Shown here in pieces: positions 51,901-64,000 of a stretch of 64,000 nucleotides of DNA (positions within the stretch are counted from its first letter, which is position 1; each line of letters starts with the position of its first letter). The position numbers were made by a program, and so were the translations under genes. Source of the DNA: Ophelia neglecta (lineage: Eukaryota); assembly GCA_965285935.1 (NCBI GenBank), contig OZ260665.1, forward strand, positions 58,404,001 to 58,468,000, in the 5' to 3' direction. The notes under the pieces are model-generated. The model was not told the origin of the DNA and made no database searches. It saw only the letters and a list, made by a program, of their open reading frames with translations.

Positions 51901-54274
51901 TACCACAAAGAGCGGAATGACCAGCCACAAACAAGCGAAGACAAGGATTTTATTGGTCCTGCAGCGGACAATCATAATGAACTTGTAACCTGTCATGCCA
52001 AGCAAGTATGCATAGGATGTTCAAAAGAAAGTCTTAACTTGTTTTCAATTAATTGTACACAAGTATGTATAGAGTACTTTTGGGACTTTTTCGAAGTCTT
52101 AAAACATAACAAGTGAATGTGAAGTGGAATGCAAATTGGGAAAATATCCATAACGCCGGGATGTTGATTACAGAGAGGGCTATAGACAAGAGTCGCTGGT
52201 GATCGCAAATGACAGCCGCTAGCTTCACCAACAAAACCAATTAAACTCAATCTTTATCGTTTTTTTAATATTTGAGGTTGTTGAGGTTGTTGAGGGGCAA
52301 AGCGCTTTAAATGAATAGACCTCTATTATGTCAACATGTATACCAACATGACTCAAATGTTTCCAAAGGTCAAAGCAAACATTTGATTAAGATTTAGGAT
52401 TTTTTAACTTAATTCATCTGTCGCTGATGGTTTAATTATGCACCATCTTTGGAGGTAATTGCCTTAAATTTCTATGACACCATAGGCCTGTAAGGGACGT
52501 GAAATGGCCTGTAAGTGTCTTCTTAAAAATGGGAATGTTTCTTATTCTGAGCAGGATCGGCTCGAGATCTAGATCGGACTCAATACATTATTATACTTTA
52601 TTTTATTTTATTAAGGATGGGATTTGCTTCATCACTTAGACACAGAAATAAGACATGCATGGATTAAAAAACTAATACTGTAACAGATTTTAACAACACA
52701 ACAAACAAAAGGGGAGGTTACTTGCATTCTTAATGAATTCTACGTGCTATAGGCTATAGCAGGTCATTAATGAACGATCAACCCTAATGAGCATAATGTA
52801 GGCTTAAAACTGTCCGAGATAAATATATCTTTTGATTCTCCAAATCGCCATTGAACTGTAGAAGCCACATTTAATCCAATCAGGGTGACCATTGGAAAGC
52901 CTTTGTGCGATACTCACAGTTCAAATGGCAAGTCATTCCTGATCTTTAAATGACTCGCCCTCTCTTTTCCAAGGTAATAAAGCCCAGCTCGATAATTAAA
53001 GACGAAAACAAAAGTCACCGGGCAAGTTCAGCCCGATTTATAGGGCGCCAAACGATCTATGACAGTAGTATAAATGTCGTCTACACACGGGCATTTCACT
53101 TTCTACGTCAAGAAGCGAAATGCGATACAACTGCTGTAAGAAGATATTGCGCCAACGGCTCGTAAATATCGGGAAAACAGTTAACGAGAGTATCGGCAAC
53201 GAAGCTGGTCGGAGGATACAGGGCGGCTGCAGGAAGCCAGAACGATCGTCTGGCAATGGGGTCGCAAACCCCTGTCGTAATATTTAAAAAAGTCTGTTCA
53301 TCAGAGGGAATACATTATAGACTTATTTGTAGTAAAATGAAGTACAATTTGAAGTTAAAGTTGAAGAAGTGTACGCAATATATTAAAATAGATACAGCCA
53401 TTTCTCGATATGTATATCAATGCTTAGGCTGAAGTTGGTTTCTCCATTACCAACGCATTACTGTAAAGCGATGAAAGATATGAACATTTTGACAGTTTTT
53501 AACTTTTTTTTCTCAGTTGCCCTAACGAAGCGTGTGTCTTCTGGGGTGATTGATGTAAGCGGGCCTGCAGCTGAGTGATGATTGCTGGCCGATATAATGA
53601 TTATTTTCGTTTACTGGTTTTCCTTTGTCTGCCGGGTATCCAATCATGATATTGTGTGTGTCTCTGTATATGTGTGTATGAGTGTGCGTGTTTTGCGTGC
53701 GTGCGTGTGTGGCAGGGATAGATTTTAATATTAAAGAAGGACAACTCAACATCATGACTTTAACACAGTCAGTATAGCTGATTCAGAAATAACCTTATAC
53801 GTATAAAAATGCCAGCGCATTTACCATCAGAGGCAGACTTCAGACACGTCATACATATATAATATGAGTTGGCCCTCGTTACAAATCTTCTTACACAGTA
53901 CCTGACAGCTGACCGATGTAAATGTCCTTGAAGCAAAAAGGAACACCCTCAAAGTAGTTTTCAGCAGTTGAGCCTCTCATGTTCAGACAAAGAGAGAAGA
54001 ATCTTCAGTAGCTTATCGTCTTGTAACAATTGGGGACTGTAGTACGAGTAAAAAGGGCTTACCGCAAAATTTGATTGGTCCTACTTAGGTGAAAAAACAG
54101 CACATTAATATTACTAAAATTAAAAGAATATTTGTGCCCACATGTTTAATACCGTTCCATAATAGTACTACGTTTTAACAATCAATGAAGGGTTCTTTGG
54201 TCATCTATGGTCCCTTTCGGACGTACCGACCATAAGGATAAAGGGTGATCCGGCTATCAGGGGAAAGGCTAAGG

Positions 54275-54600
54275 ACTGCGATAGGAAATCAAGTAGCTAT
54301 TCAATGGACTCGCTGTGGCAACTTGTAGAAAAAAGGTGGGTCCTTTCCGCATCTCAATAGCCAGATGTCTACTATTGCGGTCAATTAATTGCATGAAGTA
54401 ACTTCCTGTCTAACCTGATAAAACTAGTCGTGTTCATAAAATATCCATTAACCAAATATATAAGTAATTCGACATTAAGACTGGGTCTGGAAATCAAGTG
54501 TTTTGAATGAGCTCTCTGTGTGGCAACTTGTATTTAAAAAATAAGTACTTGCCCCTTCTCTGTATAGGCGCTAAACTAATTTTGCGGTAAATTTATTGCG
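54275..54600 (+). repeat. Diverged tandem duplication, period about 205 bp
   Basis: ggaaatcaagt ... tgtggcaacttgta ... ttgcggt.aatt.attgc occurs at about 54275-54395 and again at about 54480-54600. Confidence 0.7.
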
Positions 54601-56858
54601 TTTTTGAGAATAAAAAAGAATCACATATACACATACTGAGTGTGAGTTTGTTCACATTTTTAAAACAAGTTGTTCAAACTTTAAAAAAAGAATAGGTATG
54701 AGATATACAGCTTGTCGTCTGCTTCTTAAACTTAACGTCTGCTGTCAAGACGATGTTGCCTGTCGCCGTTCATTACGAGAGTTGATTTCATTCGATAGTT
54801 ATGACGAAGTGTAAGAAGCCCACCAAGTAACGTACCTGCGGAAAGAACAGTGATTCAACTCAGGCCGGGCTGTCGGCCAGTCGGCTGAATCAGGCTCACC
54901 TGACATCACCGGTCATGGTGGTACAATGCCGAGAACACTGTTATAAGCAGCAAACGCAGGGTTGCTTAGACGATCATCGGTTATTTTCTATACCAGAGAT
55001 ATGCGTACAGCGTCCAATTAATAAGATGACCTACCGGAAGGTAGCATGGAAGCTAAAGCATTGAATTGTTCACAGGAGGCAGTTGAGACGAAATTTATTT
55101 GGGTTGAGCAACTAGTTTTCTTATAAGCTGCATATTATTAGCCTTTATAAGTAAAAGACAAATGGAAATATAATTCAATGGTATTGTAAAAAGTAGCATA
55201 AATATATTTTAGTTAATATTAAAATAATTTGGCACAGAGAGCCCCCGACGCAATGGAGAAGTTGCTTAAATTGCCCCCTAATTTAGATGCCATTTCTTTT
55301 AAAAATGTGTGTATTCATCATTGTAACAAGCCTATTAACATCTGTGGGACTGGACATAAGTGTTTGTGGCCCTACGGCAGATGGTTCATAATAACATTGG
55401 ATAAGTGTAATGAAAAATTCTTACAAGATAAACAAGGATACTAACCTACAGATTTACACTAAGGTCTATCTCTTGCAGAGACACACAGGAAACTTGATTT
55501 TTCTAGGAAATATGTAGTATAAATCATGTCTTCATAGTGAAGAAAGTAATTGCATTACGAACTAACTCTTACTGGAGGAAATTATACTAAATTGATCATG
55601 AAAAATCACCCTTAACATTTTAAATCACTTTAATCAGTTTGTAACCTACCTGGGTAGTCTATGAAGATAAACACTTGACGCATTTTAGTAAAGGTGTGAT
55701 ATGGCTTGCCATTTGCTTTAATTAAGAAGTCCGGAATCGATGTAAAAAAAAAGAAGTAAACCGTTATTTTTGCTACGCTTAATACATGTGAATTGATATT
55801 GCAACGAAGCTAATAAAAGTTGACATAAATGATAAACAGTATTAATTCATTTCTTTTGAAACTGAAAACGTCCCTGAGTGGTTTGCAACGACAGGGCCTT
55901 TTGTCTTGAGTTAGTTGTTCAGCTTTCCACATAAAGGGCCGAGCACATATGGAATCAAGCATTTGAAGTCCGATGGTCATCAAATAACTATACCATTTCA
56001 ACCGGATAATATAGATTTATCCATTTAACATCCATTTACATAACTATACGACATATCGACATTATGCAACAACTTCCCTCAAGGTTCAGAATAGGATGCT
56101 TAATTAACTTCTAACAAATATATTGGAATTCATGACGAAAAAACGATTTAATTGGTAGATTTTTTCATTTCTCCATCATAATGGATAAAAAGCTAGACGG
56201 CCTGAATTTGGAGTTTCATAAGTGGGAGAGAGTTAGTTTGCCGTGCGGTGAGTGTCTCCTCTCACGATGGGGTTTCAACTTGTTGAATTTAAGCCACCAG
56301 CCCCCTATCCCTCCCAACCCCCTCCTCTCTCTGGGAGGTTACACCCATCTCGCACTCTTCAGATTGTATATATATGTAAACTGTAAAAATAACTGATCTT
56401 CCATTCTCACCCCCACGACTCTAAATCGGGCAGAGATGTTTTAAAGTTGCTTAAATAAACAGTCGGACCCATGCATGTGATAATAATTTAACTCACACTT
56501 AAATGTAACGATCCACAGCAAAGGTCAGACCGGTCCTAATGTTCAAATATTTTGCCTATTATGTGTTCCATGTTCATTTACAATTCCTAAGGAGCAAAAA
56601 CGCCCCACGCAGTCTCGTAAGTGGCAAGTCAAGGCCCTCGTGTCGGATGCGCTTGCTTCCCCTAAGAATGTCATCGTAAGCTTGTTTCCCTAACAAGGAC
56701 CTTCTCTGATGCCAAGAAGCGCTCCGCAAGTAATTGGAAAAAGATAAAGGCTACACGGCACTGTTAGATGACTACGCTTGGGGATGACTGATCTTTTAAC
56801 GACACAATCACACATCAAAGGCTACGCTTTAGAAAAACTACCAAACGCCAGTACTTAC

Positions 56859-56875
56859 CCGTTTTCTGCTCGGCC
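56859..56875 (-). other. Candidate 17-nt non-coding microexon
   Basis: gtgttcttttcgcag|GGCCGAGCAGAAAACGG|gtaagtac: near-consensus acceptor and donor 17 nt apart. Confidence 0.45.
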
Positions 56876-57063
56876 CTGCGAAAAGAACACGCCAAATGAT
56901 TACGATTGTTTTCAGGCTTGTACATTTGTGCCAATCTACTCAACTTGCTGTTCAAAGCTGAACTAGCGAGTTTCTGATGTATAAGCTCACTACATCACTG
57001 GTGTTTAGCTCCGACCATCAACACGAGTAGTAGATCGAGTTTACTTCAGGAGTTACAACTCAC

Positions 57064-57280
57064 CTGTGATCGCAGAGGTTCGGAGAGGGCAAGGTGCTTG
57101 GCAGACGACTGACCTCGATTGGGACACACTTGTGACCTCTGTGGCGTGGTCTGAAGTGAGGTCTCCCAGGAGACGCGCGTCTTATGCTTAACAAGAATCG
57201 GTGGCGCCTCTCGCCTCCTACAGACACAGGACACTTCGTCATAACCTCGGACTCCCACACCCGCTATATATATATAAATG
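57064..57280 (-). promoter_or_regulatory. Candidate promoter and first exon of the cholinergic locus
   Basis: Locally GC-rich. Consensus donor CAG|gtgagt at 57064/57063, Inr-like TCAGTC (57112-57107), TATA-like (TA)n at about 57265-57277, COE-like site at 57164-57173. The TSS cannot be fixed from sequence alone. Confidence 0.5.
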
Positions 57281-58494
57281 TTAGTGCAAAACGTGTAGCG
57301 ACCCTCGGGTCTATGTTCCTGCTTGATTAAGTAAGGCGATATATGTCAGTCATGTTAGTTTACGTTGGCAATCAAGACATCATTTGGTCAGAACACGTAG
57401 CTTAAAAGTGTGTTAATCGCAAGCAGTAAATATGTTGAAGTCTAAGTTTATCATGTAGGGTGTTTTTCTGCGATGCATAAACATACTTTGAAATGTCGGT
57501 ACTATCTAAATATGACACAGAGTCCGATGGTGTTGCAGATTTGAAGTGGCGACTGATTCATAATATTTATTTGCCAACCTCACATCTCGAAAAATAAGGC
57601 ACCGGAAGCAATCTTTGCAGAGATCTCATTGTCCACAAATGCGGGGAAACAGAGATTTGATTTACTGCTTGGTGCTTTCTGTGGAATACTTTGGCCTTGA
57701 GATTTGATTGGCTGAAGCTTTCGCGGAATGATAAGCAAATACCAGATCACATTATTCTAAAGGAGTGCATTAGCGCTCGTATAAACTTTTATTTTCCTCA
57801 TCAAACGCAGCAGACTTTGCATAAAAATGATAAGGTTATTTTTGCAAAAGGATAATTTTGTGTGCGACATAACCAGCCTCGGTGTAATAGATCAGAGAGG
57901 GACATTTAGTGGTCTGGCCAGGAAAAGTCATGCAAGGCCCTGCGCTGTACTCTAGCCCTAAATGCCACAATATAAAAAATAAATGCTACTTTCAATTGGA
58001 GCCCAATATTTTTAAGTTCCATTTTATGAATAAGAGTTCGTTTTCATTGTACATTATCACAAGGACTCATTAATATGATTCTACATCAAATCTATTTATC
58101 TGGTATCTCGAGAGATGCTGAGGGCGTCGCCTGGCCTACAAAGACATCAAAACTCTATCTTCTGTAATCTAGGCTGGCAGCCCCGTGGTGATCTGGAAAT
58201 TACTATTCAGTAATGCTAGATGAAATTCAATAGAAATCATTCTTTTTAATGATTCCGTCCCGAAGGGGTTAACCAAAGAGTGAGGTCACATTTGGAGCGA
58301 CCTCTGGTGCTTAAAGCAGATCAAACGTTATCAAACATAACAATAACGCTCTTGACAAATGGGAATACTGATGAGCCTCAGATAACTAGATTAATCCTTG
58401 TGGATCAATCTAAATTCTGATGGAAGCGTACTTCTCGGACGCCAGATATGAAGTTAATTCTTCCAGAACTTTTCCGAGTGAGTACTTACAACTG

Positions 58495-59580
58495 CAGTTT
58501 ACTCCTGACAGTGGTCAGTTTACGCCTGATTTCTCAACCGGACAGTGGTCAGTATACCTCAGATGTCTCAGCCAGACAGTGGTCAGTTTACCACTGATAT
58601 CTTAGTCGGAATGAGGTCAGTTTACCCCTGATAGCTCAGCTGGACAGTGGTTAGTTTACCCCTGATTTCTCAACCGGACAATGGTCAGTTTTACTCCTGA
58701 TTTCTCAGCCGGACAGTGGTCAGTTTACCTCTGATTTCTTAGCCAGACACTGGTCAGTTTTCCTCTGATTTCGTTTTCGGACTGTGGTCAATCTTCTCCT
58801 GATTTCACGATCAGATTATTGTCAGCTTACCCCTGATTCATCAACCGGACAGTGGTTATTTTACTCCTGATTTCTCAGCAGGACACTGGACAGTTTAACT
58901 CTAATTTCTCAGCCTGACATTGGTCAGTTTACCTCTGATTTCTTAGCCGGACACTGGTTAGTTTACCTTTGATTTCTTTTTCGGACTGTGGTCAGTTTTC
59001 CTCTGATTTCTTTTTCGGACTGTGGTCAAGTTTCTCCTGATTTCACGACCAGATAATTGTCAGTTTACCCCTGATATCTCAACCGGAGAGTGTGGTAATT
59101 CTTACTCCTGATTTCTCAGCCGGACACTGGTCAGTTTACCTCTGATTTCTCAGCCGGACACTGGTCAGTTTACCTCTGATTTCTCAGCCGGACACTGGTC
59201 AGTTTACCTCTGATTTCTCAGCCGGACACTGGTCAGTTTACCTCTGATTTCTCATCCGGACAGTGGTAATTTTTACACCTGATTTCTCTGAAGGACACTG
59301 GTCAGTTTACCTCTGATTTCTCAGCCGGACACTGGCCAGTTTATCTCAGATTTCACAGCCGGACAGTGGTAATTTTTACTCCTGATTTCTCTGCAGGACA
59401 CTGGTCAGTTAACCTCTGATTTCTCAACCTTACAACTGTCCGTTAATCTCGTATTTCTCAGCAGGACAGTGGTCAGTTTAACTCTTGATACCGTAGTTGG
59501 CCTGTGGTCAGTTTACACGGTTAATTTAGCCGGACAGTAGTCAGTTTACCTCAGTTTGCTTAGTCAGAATGCGGTCAAGT
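58495..59580. repeat. 34-bp minisatellite, about 31 copies (ggacactggtcagtttacctctgatttctcagcc)
   Basis: Direct periodicity; near-identical units at 59120-59260 and degenerate flanks. Confidence 0.95.
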
Positions 59581-62500
59581 ATACAGACTATCTGAGAAAG
59601 TTTGCAACCAAGAAAAATCTATTTATTAATCTGCTTTCTTCAGTTAATATATTATGTCCTATGGCTTGCGGAAAGGTGGTGTTTCTCCTAGATATAAATT
59701 TTCAATTAGGTGCGCATCGGAAATACCGCCCACCGTACAATATATTGCAGAACTTTTAATCGTATCATTTTACAAATTGCTAACATCGGGTATGCCATCA
59801 CAGAAGCCAGATAAATCTGAATACGCGAGACACAAGAAGCCAACAAAAAAGGTCAACTGTCACATTTCAGTACTGTTGTTATTGGTACATAAAACAGAAG
59901 AAAGTGGTCTGACAGCGGATGCCAGAATACTGAAGTTCATACGTTTTCTGACAATTATAACTGTTTGTAAGCCAACAAGAGTCAGGAGGACAGCGCCATA
60001 CAAAGATTATACGGTAATCTTTATAGAGCAATAGCCGATTCGTAACAATAAACTCAAAATATGGGAAATGACATGGTGGAAGGTAGAATTAACGTAGGAA
60101 ACTGCATCAACCTTCCGACAGACAGAGACACTATGTCCTATTAAGGACGACTCCTTTGTCCGAGCTTATATCAGTACATCGCCTACTAATGCTATGTGAC
60201 TGGGCACTTTGGAGTAATTAGGTTAGTGGGTGTGCCCAGTTGGCAGTAAATAACCGATTTGGTTGTCTGATTATGTTAGGGACCCATCACAAAGTCACAC
60301 CATGTTCCATGGACGGATCTGCAGGAGACATTTTATTCTCTGGCGCTGTCTCTGTCATATTAACAATGAGGAGACGAGGGGGGGGGGGGTTACGATTATG
60401 GTGCTTAGCACCGGAGTTATCCTATAACTGTGGCTACGTATCCCTTTTAAAATCTAAAATATGCTTTTTAGTTTACAATGATGGAGATTCTTAAATGCCT
60501 TGCATGCGTGTACACAGAGTAAATGTAGTGGCCAGTCTTATTAATGTGAGTCTTATATATCGAATGAACGTACATTCGCCATCGCACGCCGTTTAATCAA
60601 GCAGCAAATCATATAATTCTGATAACGATTGTTTTACTTATAACTTTCCCCATGCACAAACATTTAGGGCTTTTTCTATATCAATCTTTATCCATCGCTT
60701 AATTTAAAGTACAGGTCAGCCAATTACATGCATGCACCTATTGATTTTTTTTTTCATATATTCCTTTTGTTGATGCCTTATTTCGACTTTATTTTAATTA
60801 AGAACCAATGAATTGATTCCGGTAATTTCATAATTGTTTAGTGTTTCCTCTCCATTGGCTGCACTGAGCATATTATTTAAGGTTGATTATTTAGTTTCAA
60901 GGCACCCACAAGCCATAGGCTGCTTGTCCTTTAGCAAATTAATATGTTGTTTATTTCCATTATATCTTTATTTGCCTACTTTATGTCCCATAGATAAGCA
61001 TGTAATTGTTCATTCATTAACGTTGCTAACATGAATATTAACCCGATGTAAATATGCATATTCATCAAAGTTTAACAAATTGGAACTTGAATTAATATTA
61101 GTGTCTTTATAGTTCTAGGCATGCCAAACAATTACGCAAATAATTTGGAACGGTACGTGTACATCCAGTAGCCTATTGGAACATCTTAATACTGACGGAC
61201 ATAACGCAACATCAACAAATGTATAAGCCATGATATATTAATAAAAGTAAAATAGTATTTTTTTAAATATCTATCATAGGGAAATCCCTTGGTCGTTTAT
61301 CACAATAATGACTGCGAGTAACATAGCGTTAATGATTTAAAAAACAGGACAACAGCGGTTTTACCCCTGTCCATTTGAAAAACACTCCCCTAACCTCCAA
61401 CACTGAGCACGGTTATTGCAGACACAATATTCTTCACGGCAAGGCACAAACATGACGACCTAGAGCCATGGTTATTTTTCTCTTGCTAGATTACTCGTGC
61501 CTAGGAATCTTGATCAGCAGAAGCAAACAGTTGCATTATGTCCAGTTTTTCGAACGTTATTAGTCATGCAGAGGAAGATGCTGAACATTATCTCGAATAT
61601 GAACTTGAGAACAGTATCTCATCTTAAAAAATAACCGTCTCTTTCGTTTTTAGTTACCATCCCTGTTAAGATTTTAAACACAGCAAAGGGTGGACTTAAC
61701 TTGGTTCTTTTCTTGAAAATATTACGAGATGCAATATGAAAAATATCAAGAGATACAATATGATTAACAAAAGACATGTGTTCTGTAATCCTGAAGAAAT
61801 AAGTATATAGGTGAGCAAAGTGTGTACATGTAATTATGCTAAAATATTCATGTAATGCCATGAAGGATACGGTATCTGTTGTTACCGTGCTCAGTGCTGC
61901 CGTTTTATGGAAAGCACAGATGCCACATGAGTTACGTAATTGTTCAATTTGCTCATATGTACATCGATTCCCAAGGATTAATCCCGAAGGCTTATCAAAT
62001 CGACAGATGCAAAATTGGCAGTACCTCTCGTGTGCAGCTCTTCCCAAAGGACAATCCGCGATCAGAGAGGGATTTTCTGATTATAATTAGCCGCCATTTT
62101 GTCTAATTTACAGCCTAATTGCACTGTCCAGATTACATATATTCAATAATGGCAGACATTATCAGGGGACTCGTCTTCGAAGCTAGTAATCATTACGCCG
62201 ATTGTCAATTATTACCGACAGTAATAAGGCCTGAGTCACTTCTCTCTGAGCGAGGGGCTCTAAATGATACCAATTCAAGATGAAGTAGAAATGTCGATGG
62301 TGTTCCCGCCATGATTCAATGAGCCTTCCTGTAGAGTCTCGTACAAGGGCTCGCCAGTACTCAAGTATCTGTGAATGCTCTTGTACAACGTTTTAGAGCA
62401 GAAGCGAAGAGTAAGAGAGAGGTCTACTGCTAGTATCAAATACCATAATCAAATCTTTTACATAATACAACCAAAGGCAAGAGGTTTACCCGGAAACTCT

Positions 62501-64000
62501 GATTGATGATTCTGTCGGTGATAAAACGGCTTGACTATGTCTCGCATTGAATGGCAGGTTATTTGGAACTTGATCCAATTTGGAACTCAAAATACCATTG
62601 AGCATGCTAACAATGGAGCAATAACTTTGAGCTTGTCTATGACAGGACTGCTAGTGAGGATCTCGGGGGAACATATTTCTTGTAGTACGCCAACAATGAC
62701 TAACAGAAAGCCACAAAATCAGACACACAGGTTTACATATATATTCATCTAGGTTTATTCTTAGCCTCACTTTTGTACCTGGACGAGCCAGTATATATCG
62801 CTAAATATTCTGTTGACCTTTAACTGTTCATTAAATCATAATATTCCTTGACTAAGTCCATTGTAAACAGCATGCAATGTCCACAAAAAAGAATTCATGG
62901 ACATAAAAAAGGCTCGGCAAAAACCATCGCAGCCGAAGATGAATCCGAAGCGAGGGATGCCGGTAGCGGCGGAGTGCTATGGCGGCGCAGTAATTTCGGC
63001 GTAATACGGCGTGAAGCTGCCAATACGCTGATTGTTTGTTCAATCCCTGGACGCGAGGGACGGGTAAGCGGATTTCACCGTTGAGTAGTTTCGTGGCTTA
63101 GCCTCAAACGCTAAAAACCACCCAAGCCAGAGGGGGTCATTAGTCAGACAATAGGCCAGGTCACTCCTTCCATACATAAGCCCAATATATGTTTATGGCA
63201 AAAGCTGTAGGTACGGGTTTATTAATCTGTCATCAATATTCCGTTTGTATGTAATCTATATTCATGGTAATATTTCATCACCCAGAGACAAAGGCATAGA
63301 CAACGAATGAAACCTTTGTTGACGATTTTATAAGTTTGGCACTGGTAGTACTGTTAGTACCGGCAACAGACGACATAGAAGTTAATTTGAGTCACGAATT
63401 TAAGTGAGATTTGTTTTGATTTCATTACACGTTCTAACTACCACTTTCTCCCTTGTGTTTGAGTTGACTTATCTTGGACAGCTGAACACCATAGTAGCAG
63501 GACCTCGTCAACTGTCGGTCCGCCACCTTCACCAAGGTCCCGCGACGCCTATTTGACGCCAAGCCACATTAAGCGTTCTGCAGGACGCGTTCTACAGTTC
63601 GAATTGTCCATTAGTCAGCCCCAAATGACCCAACCTACGTATAAAATAGTCCATGCCTGTTGAAAGCTCCGATCAAACGCGCCCAGTAAAGGGCGATAAT
63701 GGAGCCATGGCTCAATTCACTTCATTGAAAACGGATTGAAGAGCAAGCTAGGGTGCCCATTGATGGACCGGGTATTTTTGGAGAAAAAAAATCCGACAGA
63801 CAAAGAAAGAGGAGAAATAGCTAGGACCCTCCTGAAATTATGCAAACCACATTCCATTAAACTTTAAAATACCGAGCGTGGTTACTTAGGGCCAAGCTAT
63901 TTGACTCCATCTTATCAATTTTAGACAACTGGCCTACAATAACAAAATCACGGGTCGAGTAGCAATTTTGCTTCTTATTTGTAACACTTAACAGATCGAA

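Noticed and set aside
30600-56800. A second VAChT paralogue or another nested protein gene in the long leader intron
   Set aside because: No ORF or exon chain with recognisable homology; only decayed RT fragments were seen. Small exons could have been missed by eye.
58369-58400. CTGATGA hammerhead-like cores (also near 6627, 14562 and 46596)
   Set aside because: No properly placed stem II plus GAAA and closing stems.

Overview
This is eukaryotic, intron-rich, AT-rich animal DNA, probably lophotrochozoan or molluscan (inferred from the protein style and a MESC/Meta-type SINE fragment). It is not prokaryotic, and I see no CRISPR array, rRNA or tRNA. The window holds the 5' part of a cholinergic gene locus on the minus strand. 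Eight in-phase GT-AG coding exons of choline acetyltransferase (ChAT; 343 aa visible, gene continues past base 1) were reconstructed by hand. An intronless 597-aa vesicular acetylcholine transporter (VAChT/SLC18A3) lies upstream of the ChAT start-codon exon on the same strand. A 69-nt non-coding exon at 30523-30591 is the best candidate shared exon, and candidate 5' exons and a promoter lie at about 56.9-57.3 kb. The introns carry four minisatellites (50, 69, 33 and 34 bp units), several MITEs and decayed LINE/SINE fragments. The nested locus itself is a known system. The most interesting unexplained signals concern how the ChAT/VAChT choice may be controlled: a 9-copy CTCF-like array just 3' of VAChT, a weak VAChT poly(A) signal, a possible donor-acceptor RNA duplex spanning VAChT, a 17-nt microexon and an AG|GT recursive-type site. 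All of these are hypotheses from motif reading, with no expression data.
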